Position numbers and translations under genes: made by a program. Under the pieces are notes generated by a model, which made no database searches, had not been told where the DNA came from, and saw only the letters and a program-made list of their open reading frames with translations. DNA of 63,914 nucleotides, counting the filler. It is 7 parts of 7 records of this genome, joined end to end, with 100 filler letters (N's around TTAATTAATTAA, not from the genome) between each part and the next. Parts side by side here need not be neighbours in the genome. Positions count along the whole stretch, not along the records: positions 32,156 to 44,943 come from SRR31147125_2418; positions 45,044 to 52,483 come from SRR31147125_2434; 5 more parts are not named here. One strand, written 5' to 3'. How positions within the stretch are numbered: position 1 is the first letter of the stretch; the number at the start of each line of letters is the position of its first letter. Of this stretch, positions 40,914 through 51,049 are shown one piece after another.

Positions 40914-41795
40914 CTATTTTCCCACTCTTTTAGCATCAAGTAATGAAAGAATATATCTGCCGTAATCTGTCATTTTAAGCTCCTGACCAATTTTTCGTAG
41001 TTTATTATCATCTATGAATCCTCTTCGCCAAGCAATTTCTTCTAGGCAGGAGATATAAAAACCTTGTCTTGATTGGATAGCTTCAACAAGAATAGATGCT
41101 TTTAACATTCCATCTGGAGTTCCTGTATCCAGCCATGTCATACCTCTGCCTAGTATTTTGACATCTAGTTTACCTTGCTTTAAGTATTCATTGTTAATTG
41201 CAGTTATTTCTGTTCCTACATCAACTGTAGATTTTACTTTTTTAGCAATCCTGATTACATTATTATCATAAAAATATAATCCGGGTACGGCAAAATGTGA
41301 TTTTGGGTTTTTCGGTTTTTCTTCAATTGATAATACTTTATAATTTTTATCAAACTCAACAACGCCAAATGAACTAGGATTTTTAACAGGATATCCAAAT
41401 ACAATTGCCCCTTCATTTAATGCAACTGATTCGTTTAATAACTGTGTCAGATGCTGTCCGTAAAAAACATTATCTCCTAGTATTAAGCATACACTATTGT
41501 TTTCAATAAATTCTTCCCCCAATATAAATGCATCTGCTAATCCGCTAGGCTGATTTTGCACTTTATAAGATATATTCATACCTAACTTTGAACCATCACC
41601 TAATAATTTCTGATACATTGGCATATCATCAGGCTTAGCAATTATCAATATTTCTTTTATGCAGGCGAGCATTAATACAGATAGGGGATAATATATTAAA
41701 GGTTTATCATAAACAGGCAGTAAATGTTTTGATACTACCTTAGTCATAGGATATAATCTTGTGCCTTTGCCGCCAGCTAGGATAATTCCTTTCAT
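40914..41795 (-). CDS. rmlA: Glucose-1-phosphate thymidylyltransferase (divergent)
   Basis: 'GIILAGGKGTRLYP', 'LILGDN', 'IEEKP', 'LGRGMTWLDTGT'. Confidence 0.92.
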   Translation of the reverse strand: MKGIILAGGKGTRLYPMTKVVSKHLLPVYDKPLIYYPLSVLMLACIKEILIIAKPDDMPMYQKLLGDGSKLGMNISYKVQNQPSGLADAFILGEEFIENNSVCLILGDNVFYGQHLTQLLNESVALNEGAIVFGYPVKNPSSFGVVEFDKNYKVLSIEEKPKNPKSHFAVPGLYFYDNNVIRIAKKVKSTVDVGTEITAINNEYLKQGKLDVKILGRGMTWLDTGTPDGMLKASILVEAIQSRQGFYISCLEEIAWRRGFIDDNKLRKIGQELKMTDYGRYILSLLDAKRVGK

Positions 41796-42155
41796 TTTTG
41801 CCTCTCAATTAGTTTTTTATAATTATACCATTTTTTAAATGATTTGATTATATAATTAATAAATTATTACTTCTATGTATACATTATTGCAGATAAGAAC
41901 TTTGATAATCGTTTAATTATAATATTGTAGTATTATTGCCTTATACTAATACGTCAATAGATTATATTCTAAAATAGGATTTGGATGTACGCTATAGAAA
42001 GAATTAATTAAGATTTAATATATAGCAAATAAGCAATGTTATTAACTTTTCGTAACAGTACTTAGTGGATAGCACACTTTGCTTTTGAAGGTTTTTAGAA
42101 AATGCTTCTTTCGCAAAGTGTCGCAGTAACGTACACAGCTCTAACAAATAACGTA

Positions 42156-42193
42156 GGGTGTCATAGATTGTTTACAAACAATCTATGACACCC
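42156..42193. repeat. Perfect 18-bp inverted repeat containing the tusA-family stop codon
   Basis: GGGTGTCATAGATTGTTT-AC-AAACAATCTATGACACCC. Confidence 0.9.
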
Positions 42194-42404
42194 CTTTAGT
42201 AAACGTTATCTCCCATACGCCATTCATAGGCTCTTCAACTGATATGTTATCATATTTTTCTTCAATAGATTTTACTACACAGCTATGGTCTGTTACCAGC
42301 ATAAAGTGTTCACCAGTTTTAAGTTTAGCCATTTCTCTTTTTACTTTTAAAATAGGTATTGGACAAATATCACCAAAGCAGTCTAAGACCTTTATTTTTT
42401 CCAT
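42183..42404 (-). CDS. TusA/SirA (YeeD-like) sulfur-carrier protein
   Basis: 'LDCFGDICPIP' CPxP motif, 'VTDH', 73 aa. Confidence 0.9.
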   Translation of the reverse strand: MEKIKVLDCFGDICPIPILKVKREMAKLKTGEHFMLVTDHSCVVKSIEEKYDNISVEEPMNGVWEITFTKGVS

Positions 42405-42462
42405 ATTTCAGTCCATTCCTTTCTAAGTCACAAATAGGCATCAGTGAATTTTACCACTTTCT

Positions 42463-43875
42463 TTATCCTCCCATTAAGATGGCTACATAACCTATAGCTA
42501 CTAAACATACAAAAGTTATTAATACAGCAAAAGTACCCTTTTTCAGCATAAAGTTAGTATCCATTCCATATGCTAGTGGGATCGCTCTAATAGATGTTGG
42601 CAGAATAAATGCGGAGTTACATGCGGCGGCACTTACATAGACAAACGGTAATGGATTATAAGGTAAGCTTGAAACTATGCTAATTACTACAGGAATCAAT
42701 GCTGCACATGCTGCTGTGTTACTGGATGTATTTGATAAGAACATTCCAAGTAATACAAAAATCATAATTAATCCTAATTGTCCAGTTATATTAAATCCAA
42801 TCACATATTGTGCAATAGATTCAGATGCACCTGTGGCGACTAACAGATTACCTGCCGCCATTCCTCCTGCAAATAAAATGGCAAGTGACCAGTTAAGGTT
42901 TTTAACTGCATAATCCCATGATATTAACTGTTTATCTTTATCACCTTTTACAAAGAATGCAATAATCCCCGCTAATAAAAATGCATATGGCGGTTTAAAC
43001 GCTGGTAATATATTTTTGTATAAAGGTCTTGTAAAGGCTAAAAGTATTGCGATTATAAAAAGTGTAATAGCAATTTTTTCACCTTTATTCATCTTGCCTA
43101 GTTTTTTGTAGTTTTCTTTAAAATATTCTTTACTGCCAGATAGTTTTTTGATATCCAGTTTAACAAATAGGAAATATAAACTTACTGTTATTATTAATCC
43201 AATTAGATAAGGAAGCATTTTAACTATCCAAGTAATGTACATATACTCAGTATTTAAATAGCTTTCTATATGACCAATTGCAACCAAGTTCATTGCACCG
43301 CCCATAGGTGTACCAAATCCGCCTAATCCAGCACCCCAAACAATAGATAGCAAAATCCAATACTTTATATTACTGTTTTCTAATGAGTTATCTATCTTAA
43401 TGCAATGGTTTATCATAGCAAGGGCGATAGGGCATAAAGTTGCCGCTACTACAGCGTTTGGCAAAAATGCACTTAATATTGTTGATATTAAAAACCATAT
43501 TACTAATTGCTGACGAAATGAAGAACCTATAAGTATAAGCATTCTCAAAGCTATTCTTTTATCAAGCCCCCATATCATCCACGTCAATGTTAATATATTT
43601 GCACCTAATAGCAAAATTACTACAGGGCTTGAATAGTCATCAAGTACTGTGTTAATAGGTACAATATTAAATATTGCAGTAACTATTATGGGCAGCATTG
43701 CAGTAACAGCCAGATGAACAGGCTTTGTAATCCACCAATATATCATCACAATCATAGTTGCCAATGCAAAAGCTGCACTTTGTGAAAATATTTTTCCTTT
43801 TAGGAATAATCCTATTAGTAAAAATAGAACTAAACCTATTATTACATTAACTGTTTTTTTAGATATACTTTTCAT
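42463..43875 (-). CDS. SLC13/DASS family divalent anion:Na+ symporter
   Basis: 'WGLDKRIAL', 'LSAFLPNAV', 'GGFGTPMGGAMN', 'LSNTSSNTA', 'AFILP'; AGGAGG RBS before ATG at 43875. Confidence 0.88.
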   Translation of the reverse strand: MKSISKKTVNVIIGLVLFLLIGLFLKGKIFSQSAAFALATMIVMIYWWITKPVHLAVTAMLPIIVTAIFNIVPINTVLDDYSSPVVILLLGANILTLTWMIWGLDKRIALRMLILIGSSFRQQLVIWFLISTILSAFLPNAVVAATLCPIALAMINHCIKIDNSLENSNIKYWILLSIVWGAGLGGFGTPMGGAMNLVAIGHIESYLNTEYMYITWIVKMLPYLIGLIITVSLYFLFVKLDIKKLSGSKEYFKENYKKLGKMNKGEKIAITLFIIAILLAFTRPLYKNILPAFKPPYAFLLAGIIAFFVKGDKDKQLISWDYAVKNLNWSLAILFAGGMAAGNLLVATGASESIAQYVIGFNITGQLGLIMIFVLLGMFLSNTSSNTAACAALIPVVISIVSSLPYNPLPFVYVSAAACNSAFILPTSIRAIPLAYGMDTNFMLKKGTFAVLITFVCLVAIGYVAILMGG

Positions 43876-43905
43876 ATAACCTCCTAAAATCATATAACCT
43901 TATAA

Positions 43906-44808
43906 TTAACAAAAACTATTTTTACCTTCATTAATAAACCAAGATATAAACTCCTCTGCGTATTTAGAATGATTTTTCTTAAAAAGCATCATTATGTCCA
44001 GATCCATATTCAACTCCGGAACATCAATTTGCTTAAATTCACCCTTGTATAATTCTTCTTTTACAGATATATATGGCAGAAAAGCAATACCATATCCTCT
44101 GGAAACCAAAGTTTTTGCACTTTCTATTGTGCCTACTTCCAGATTGCAATGAATACTAGATGGGGTATATCCCTGCTTGCTTAAATTTTTCATTAAAACA
44201 TTATTTATGTCGCTTTCTCCTGAAAATGTAATCATACATGATTTTACGATTTGTGACATATCTAGTGTATCAAGTGTAGATTTATTATTTTTTGCTACTA
44301 ATACTATTTTGTTTGTGCCGCATTTTATATAAACCAATTCCTTGTGCTTGTTTTGAACTTTAGAACAGCAATATGAAAAACCAATGTCATATAAATTATT
44401 TGCTACATCTTCTATAATATTTTCAGAACAGCCTGAAAAAAGTTCATATTTATGCAAAGGATATTTTGCCTGTGACACCATCAGTGTACAAGGAATAGCA
44501 TAATCGGCAATTGAATGACATGCTATTAACTTTATTATCATATTTTCCTTTTCGTATTCTGAAATATCAGAAAGCATATTATCATATGTTTTAAGTACGC
44601 TTTCTGCAAACTTATACACTATCTCCCCAGTAGGAGTTAAACTAACACCTTTATTGCTTCGAACCATAAGAGTTTTGGAAAGATCAGCTTCCAGCTTGTT
44701 TATTTGCTGGCTGAGTGCGGATTGAGATATATGCATATCTCTAGCAACACTTGAAATATTCCCCGCTCTAGCAATATTGTAAAAATACTTCAAAGATTCA
44801 ATATTCAT
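43906..44808 (-). CDS. LysR family transcriptional regulator (Cys-rich effector domain)
   Basis: HTH 'ISSVARDMHISQSALSQQINKLE', 'RSNKGVSLT', 'GYGIAFLP'. Confidence 0.93.
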   Translation of the reverse strand: MNIESLKYFYNIARAGNISSVARDMHISQSALSQQINKLEADLSKTLMVRSNKGVSLTPTGEIVYKFAESVLKTYDNMLSDISEYEKENMIIKLIACHSIADYAIPCTLMVSQAKYPLHKYELFSGCSENIIEDVANNLYDIGFSYCCSKVQNKHKELVYIKCGTNKIVLVAKNNKSTLDTLDMSQIVKSCMITFSGESDINNVLMKNLSKQGYTPSSIHCNLEVGTIESAKTLVSRGYGIAFLPYISVKEELYKGEFKQIDVPELNMDLDIMMLFKKNHSKYAEEFISWFINEGKNSFC

Positions 44809-44943
44809 ACTATTTTCGCCTCTTTTTACCTTTAATATTTGCTTTTTATAAGCATATATAAGTATACCATAAAAAAAACTTATATTGTATAAGTATAAAT
44901 CATATACCTTAATGTTAAAAGTGTGTTAAAATATATACAAAGA

Positions 44944-45043
44944 NNNNNNNNNNNNNNNNNNNNNNNNNNNNNNNNNNNNNNNNNNNNTTAATTAATTAAN
45001 NNNNNNNNNNNNNNNNNNNNNNNNNNNNNNNNNNNNNNNNNNN
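44944..45043. other. Artificial contig spacer
   Basis: N44-TTAATTAATTAA-N44. Confidence 0.98.
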
Positions 45044-46049
45044 TCAAGAACTCCTGCAAGATAATTTGGTTGGTTAGCTACAATACCAACTGGCATACCG
45101 TTAAATTTTGCAAATCCAACTACCATATTTTTCGAGTATTGCCTTTGGATTTCTAAAAATTCATGATCATCAACCAGTAGATGGATAACATCTAAAATGT
45201 CATATGGCTTGTTTGGATTATCCGGAATAATAGAATTTAAGTCTTCCTCAATTCTATCAATCGGATCATTACACTCTGTTACTGGTGGCTCCTCCAAGTT
45301 ATTTTGTGGAAGATAAGAAAGTAATTTACGGATTAATAACAAACCTTCTTCTTCGTCTTCTGCGGCAAAATGTGCTACACCTGATTTTGAACAGTGAACG
45401 CTGGCTCCGCCCAGGTCTTCTGTAGAAATTTTCTCTCCAGTAACTGTTTTTGTAACTTTTGGACCTGTTACAAACATATAACTGGTATTTTCACTCATTA
45501 CAATGAAATCAGTTAATGCCGGAGAATAAACTGCACCTCCTGCACATGGGCCAAAGATTGCAGAAATCTGTGGGACAACACCTGATGCCAAAATGTTTCT
45601 TTCAAAAATCTCAGCATATCCTGCTAAACTCCTAACCCCTCTTGGATACGTGCACCACCACTATCGTTAATTCCAATAACTGGAGCTCCAACTTTTACCG
45701 CTTGATCCATAATTTTACAAATCTTTTGTGCAAAAGTTTCTGATAGTGAACCACCAAATACCGTAAAATCTTGTGAGAAGACATATACGATTCTTCCGTC
45801 TATTGTTCCGTGACCGGTAACAACACCATCGGATAGGTATAATTGTTTGTCTAAACCAAAATCTGTACTTCTGTGAGTCATAAACATATCGTACTCTTCG
45901 AAACTACCTTCGTCAAGCAATATTTCAATACGTTCTCTCGCTGTAAGTTTCCCTTTCTTGTGCTGAGCTTCTATTCTGTCTGCCCCTCCTCCAAGTTTCG
46001 CTTTTTCTCTAAGCTCAATTAATTGTTTTATCTTTTTCTGACTTTCCAT
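45044..46049 (-). CDS. Acyl-CoA carboxylase beta / methylmalonyl-CoA decarboxylase alpha subunit (one homopolymer frameshift; 3' truncated)
   Basis: 'GKLTARERI', '[10 protein letters not shown]', '[10 protein letters not shown]', '[16 protein letters not shown]'; one extra G at 45636-45639 restores [16 protein letters not shown]. Confidence 0.92.
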
Positions 46050-46133
46050 AACGCAATATAAAATCTAGAATGAATTATTATCAAAAAACTAAATCGCTAC
46101 CGATTATTCAAAGAATGGTGAGATAATGAAATG

Positions 46134-46141
46134 CAAAAATA
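46134..46141 (-). promoter_or_regulatory. Bacteroidota -7 box (TAnnTTTG)
   Basis: TATTTTTG on the minus strand, about 85 nt upstream of the carboxyltransferase start. Confidence 0.4.
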
Positions 46142-46284
46142 GCATTCTTTCGTAATCATATAAAATTAATTTTACCTATATTAAAGATAAATGATTGTTT
46201 TAAAACATTAAAATTTTGGCGAGAATTATTTCTTATTCTCAGGAAAAATGTTATTCAGATATCAAATTATAATATGCAAAAGAA

Positions 46285-49200
46285 CTAATTAGAAAATGTA
46301 CAAAGGCTTTCGTATATACTTTCCTGAATTTTTGTGCGGACATCCATTTCTATTAATTTATTGTTGTTCGCATCCGGGTGAATCCTGTTTGAGAGGAATA
46401 TGTAAACTATGTTTTCTTCCGGGTCGGCCCAGGCTATGGTTCCTGTAAAACCGGTATGCCCAAAACTTTTTTGTGAAATATTATCGCAGGTTGGCCCGTA
46501 TTTATGTTCTTCTAATTTCGGTTTATCAAATCCATACGCCCTTCTGTTGCCATTATCTGTGTGAGGGGAAGTTGTAAATTCTTCAAGCGTCTCTTCTTGA
46601 AAGTATCGATTACCACCATATTCGCCACCTTGAAGGTACATTTGCATTAGCTTTGCTAAATCGTTTGCATTTGAAAATAGTCCTGCATGTCCACAAACGC
46701 CGCCTAACATTGCTGCTCCCGGATCGTGAACATAACCGTGTACCAACATCTTTCTAAAAATTAAATCGTTTTCTGTTGGTACAATCTCAGAAACATCTGT
46801 ATTATTTATCGGATTGAATCCCATGGTAACGGCTCCCAGAGATTTATAAAACTCATCGTTAACAATTTCTTCGAAAGGTTTATTGTATTCTTTTTCTATT
46901 ATCTTGTAAAAGAGGTAGTATCCTAGATCACTATACCTGTACTTTTTTTCTTCAATAATTCTGAGGAGTAAATTCTATTGTAGATACTATCGTTATAGTA
47001 ACGTGAAATGAATAAGTTATCAGTAATTTTTGTGGGGTATTGCCATGAGAAATCATCGGAATAAATTGAATCATTGAGGCTGAAATGCTTTGTCATGTAA
47101 TATCGTTTCCCCAGCTTATAAGGATAATCATCAGAAAGCCTGGAAGAGAACAAATCTTTTTCGGGGAAAAATTTCTCGAAAGTTTGATAATAAAAGGGTA
47201 TCCAAGGTTCTAATCGTGCCTGGTGTGTTAGAATATCACCAACAATTAAATCTTTTTTGTTTGTTGTATCAAGTTCTGGCAAGAATTTCCCGATATTATC
47301 GTCGAGTGATAGTCTTTGTTCATCTACCATTTTCATAAGAACAGGAACCGATGCAGCTATTTTTGTGATGGAAGCCAGGTCGTATATATCACTTGTTTTA
47401 ACTTCCTTTTTTTTGATACGTGTGATATCCAAAAGCTTTTTGATAAACAACCTTGCCATTTTTAGCAACCAGTATTTGGCAGCCTGGTGTAGCTTTCTTA
47501 TCTATTGCATCATTTGCAATTGAATCAATCTTAGTAAGTTTACTTCTTTCTATACCTGCTTCCTCAGGAATTGTATATTTCAACCTGGTTGGGCGGTAAA
47601 TTTCTTCCCCAATACCTAACGGATATTCTTTGTTGATACTGACAGGTAGCTTTCCACTTGCAGTTATTCCCCCAAATATTAATTGGGCGGATAATTCCTC
47701 AATAATTTTGCTTTCTTCGTACGATACAATTACTGACTCGAACTTATTTAAATCAGATAAACGGTTTAGCGAGTATGGATTAGCAAAAACATTGAGCACT
47801 GTTTTTTTCTTGGCTACTATCTTTTCAATCGTGTTAATTGTTCCTTGTTTTATCCCAAATTTTCTTGAAGCTCTAATATCTGTATTATGAATGCTTGCAA
47901 CAACTAAATTATAGGGATTTAATTCCTCCATCAACTCATTAATTTGAGATTGTGTAGGTTCTTTTGGTAAATAAAAAGTCTTTACACTTGTGTATTTATT
48001 TAATCCTTTTTGAAAAGTATTCTCCTCTCCTACACCAAATGTTACTGATGCTATTTTAAGCGAATCCAAACTTTTTAATGGGACAAACATGTCGTAATTT
48101 CGAACTACCGTAAGTGATTTTTCGATTAATTCCCTGTATGTTAATTCATAATAGATAGAATTTAAATCGTTGTAAAGGTTTTCTGTTTCAATTGGCTTCC
48201 AACGATGCAAACCCACCCAGTATTTCGCTGCAAGTATTTTTTTGCAACTTGCATTAATCATTTCTTCGTTAATATCACCTTTTTCTATTGCCTTTTTTAT
48301 TGAATTTATTGCCAGTGGTACATTATCGGGCATTAATAAAATATCGTTACCTGCTTTAATCGCCTCCACTTCAACAGCACCAGGTTTGTAATAATTGGCA
48401 ACACCTCGCATATTAAGCGCATCGGTTACAACCAATCCCTTAAACCCCAATTTATCCTTTAATAAATCTGTTACAATTGGTCTGGATAGTGTTGAAGCTC
48501 TATTTGGCGTAGAATCCAGGTTAGGGATATGCAAATGAGCTACCATCATACTTGCCAGACCCGAGTTTATAAGATTTTTAAATGGATACAACTCCAATGC
48601 TTCTAACCTTTCTTTTTTATGATTTATTACGGGTAATGCATGGTGAGAGTCTGTATCGGTATCTCCGTGGCCCGGAAAGTGTTTTGCTGTTGCAAGTACA
48701 AGGTTATCCTGCAACCCCATCATATAAGCCAGTCCTTTTGCAGAAACATTTTCCCTGCTTTCCCCAAAAGATCTTATATTAATCACTGGATTTTTAGGGT
48801 TATTATTGATGTCAACAACAGGTGCAAAATTCATATGAACCCCTAACCTTTTTAATTGTGAGGCAATATCGGCTCCCATTTTATAAACAAGCTGATTATC
48901 TTTTATCGCCCCCAGCATCATTTGCTTTGGGTATTTAATGGTGCTGTCGAGCCTCATGGATGGTCCCCATTCTGCATCCATAGAAATTAAGAGGGGATAT
49001 GCGACGACAATTGGAGTTTATTTATCATTTGAACCTGTCTAACAGGTCCACCCTGAAAAAATATTAATCCTCCAATTTTATATTGCTTAACTAATTTTTC
49101 AAGTTCTTTTACATGGTTCTTATCCCTGTTAGAATATGCAGCAACCATGAGTAGCTGGGCTATGCGTTCATCAAGGGTTAAGGATTTATATACAGAATCG

Positions 49201-49352
49201 ATCCATTGATTTGATAGATCAACGTAGTAAGGATCAATTTTTAATGGAACTGTTTCATCATTATTGACTGTGTGTTCATTTTTATCCCCAAACCCAAGAA
49301 CAAATATAACGGTGCTTAACATAAGAAGCACCACCCAAAAATTTCGCTTCAT
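46285..49352 (-). CDS. GH3 beta-N-acetylglucosaminidase fused to a beta-lactamase-like serine hydrolase (three homopolymer frameshifts)
   Basis: NagZ motif 'KHFPGHGDTDTDSH', 'VTDALNM'; SxxK 'ASITK', 'YSDLG', 'GHTGFTG'; four ORF pieces join at 48993-48996, 47407-47414 and 46943-46949. Confidence 0.88.
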
Positions 49353-49576
49353 ACCCTAACTTCCTAAGACTTTTAGTAAAATACGGTGTTTTAAGAAAAT
49401 CGTTTGGTTTATAATGAATTATTTATAAAAAAGCTTAAATCCGAATTGCACTAATATACAATATTAAAAGGAAAAAATAATTACTTAACACGATATATCC
49501 TTTATTTGGAAAGGATATATGTTATAAAGTTAAAAGGACGGGGAAAGCATCACCAGAAAAAATTGAAGGCACAGAA

Positions 49577-50704
49577 TTAATTTTTTAAAACTTGTATTAG
49601 TTTTTCAACATTCTTTTGGTTTGAAAAATGTTGTAAATATTTATGCCTGAAATCGATCAATTCGCTAGAAAAATCAGTTTTCATAAAATGATTTATTTCC
49701 ATGATTATTTCTTCAGGTTCGTTGGCAACAACACAACATTTTTCTAGGCCTGTGTTTCTTACCATTAAATCGTTAACAAGACAGAACCTACCTTTAAATA
49801 AAGCGTTAATTAGCTTTAATTTCATACCAGTTGCCTGAAACGTATATAAAAGGTTGATGTGTGCATTTTGAATTAATTCGTTCATTCTCTCATCAGAAGG
49901 GTTTTTTTCAAGATGAACATTTCTTAACCTTTTAATTTCATTAATAATCTCTTCAGAAGGGTTGTTACCTGCTACAATTACTTTGTAAGGCTGATATACA
50001 ATAACATGTTTGAGCAAATATAACAGCGCCCTTGAATTCTCTTCCACTTCAAGATTACCATGAAATAAAATGTAGTCACCATTTCCTGTTTTTATTTCAA
50101 TTTTGTCGTTGGCATGAAATGGAAATATTAATGACGCTTTATCCCCGTATTCATTTTTAAAATATTTATAATCAGAAGGAGATAAAGCTAATATCTTTGA
50201 TGCTCTTTTTACAATCGGCTCGTAATATTTCAGCTTTATTGATTCGAGGGAATAATATAGAATTTTCCTAAATGATTTTTCACTCAGAAAAAGATTTTGG
50301 TAATAATGATGTTCAATATTATGAGCCCGTAAATAAAGCTTTCTTTCTTGTAGACTTTTTTCATTTAATAAATAAGAACAATGCAAACCTTCTAGTAAAA
50401 TAGGATATTTATCTTTTAATAAATTTTCCACAAGTTGTTTACTATTCCTTGTTTTTACGATAAATGGAGTGGTAGAAATAAAACTAATAGGTTTTTTGGG
50501 ACGGTGATAATAGTATACCTCTGAACATATCTCTTCCAGCTTCTTTGCAGGTTCTCTATTATACTGATAACAATGTAAAATTACCGAATAGCCAGAATTA
50601 CTAAGGTGTTTTAGTTTATAAAACACATCTATTACACCTCCGTAATTAGGAGGGTAAGGAATGTTAAAACTTACTACATGGATTTTTTTCGATTCAGAAG
50701 CCAA
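49577..50704 (-). CDS. Glycosyltransferase (GT4-like, Bacteroidota)
   Basis: 'PYPPNYGGVID', 'RAHNIEH', 'TGMKLKLINAL'. Confidence 0.8.
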   Translation of the reverse strand: MASESKKIHVVSFNIPYPPNYGGVIDVFYKLKHLSNSGYSVILHCYQYNREPAKKLEEICSEVYYYHRPKKPISFISTTPFIVKTRNSKQLVENLLKDKYPILLEGLHCSYLLNEKSLQERKLYLRAHNIEHHYYQNLFLSEKSFRKILYYSLESIKLKYYEPIVKRASKILALSPSDYKYFKNEYGDKASLIFPFHANDKIEIKTGNGDYILFHGNLEVEENSRALLYLLKHVIVYQPYKVIVAGNNPSEEIINEIKRLRNVHLEKNPSDERMNELIQNAHINLLYTFQATGMKLKLINALFKGRFCLVNDLMVRNTGLEKCCVVANEPEEIIMEINHFMKTDFSSELIDFRHKYLQHFSNQKNVEKLIQVLKN

Positions 50705-50724
50705 AGAAATATTCCTTATTTGGG

Positions 50725-50955
50725 TTAATTATTCGGATTCTGATTCATCATGTTCTGGCGAAAATCATCGTTATCTTTCATAAGAACTGTATAAACGAAT
50801 AAAATAACAGCCGAGGCACCAAAAACTACTAATAAGGAAAGGAATATTTTCCTGAATATATCTTCCAAATCAATTATTTCCCAGACTCCCAGAATAGTAA
50901 TAACAGTTACCAATAACACAATTATGATAAGGATGTATGATACTATTTTCTTCAT
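50725..50955 (-). CDS. Small two-TM membrane protein
   Basis: 76 aa, two hydrophobic helices, co-oriented with its neighbours. Confidence 0.7.
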   Translation of the reverse strand: MKKIVSYILIIIVLLVTVITILGVWEIIDLEDIFRKIFLSLLVVFGASAVILFVYTVLMKDNDDFRQNMMNQNPNN

Positions 50956-51049
50956 GGTTATTTATCTATTGGTTATTATTATAAATTCTTAGCTGCGTAA
51001 ATTAAACGAATATTTTATACAAAGTCAAATGTAAGTTAAAAATGCTGTA

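Noticed and set aside
42050..42150. Canonical integron attC site
   Set aside because: No matching RYYYAAC...GTTRRRY ends, and no integrase or cassette array
42405..42462. Short frame with in-frame TGA between the permease and tusA as a selenopeptide
   Set aside because: Only about 22 codons, with no recognisable SECIS or homology
32156..44943. Genome-wide TAG reassignment in contig 4
   Set aside because: Only one internal TAG; rmlA and tusA end at TAG at normal lengths
46285..47468. Stand-alone beta-lactamase resistance gene
   Set aside because: It is the C-terminal domain of a frameshifted GH3 fusion
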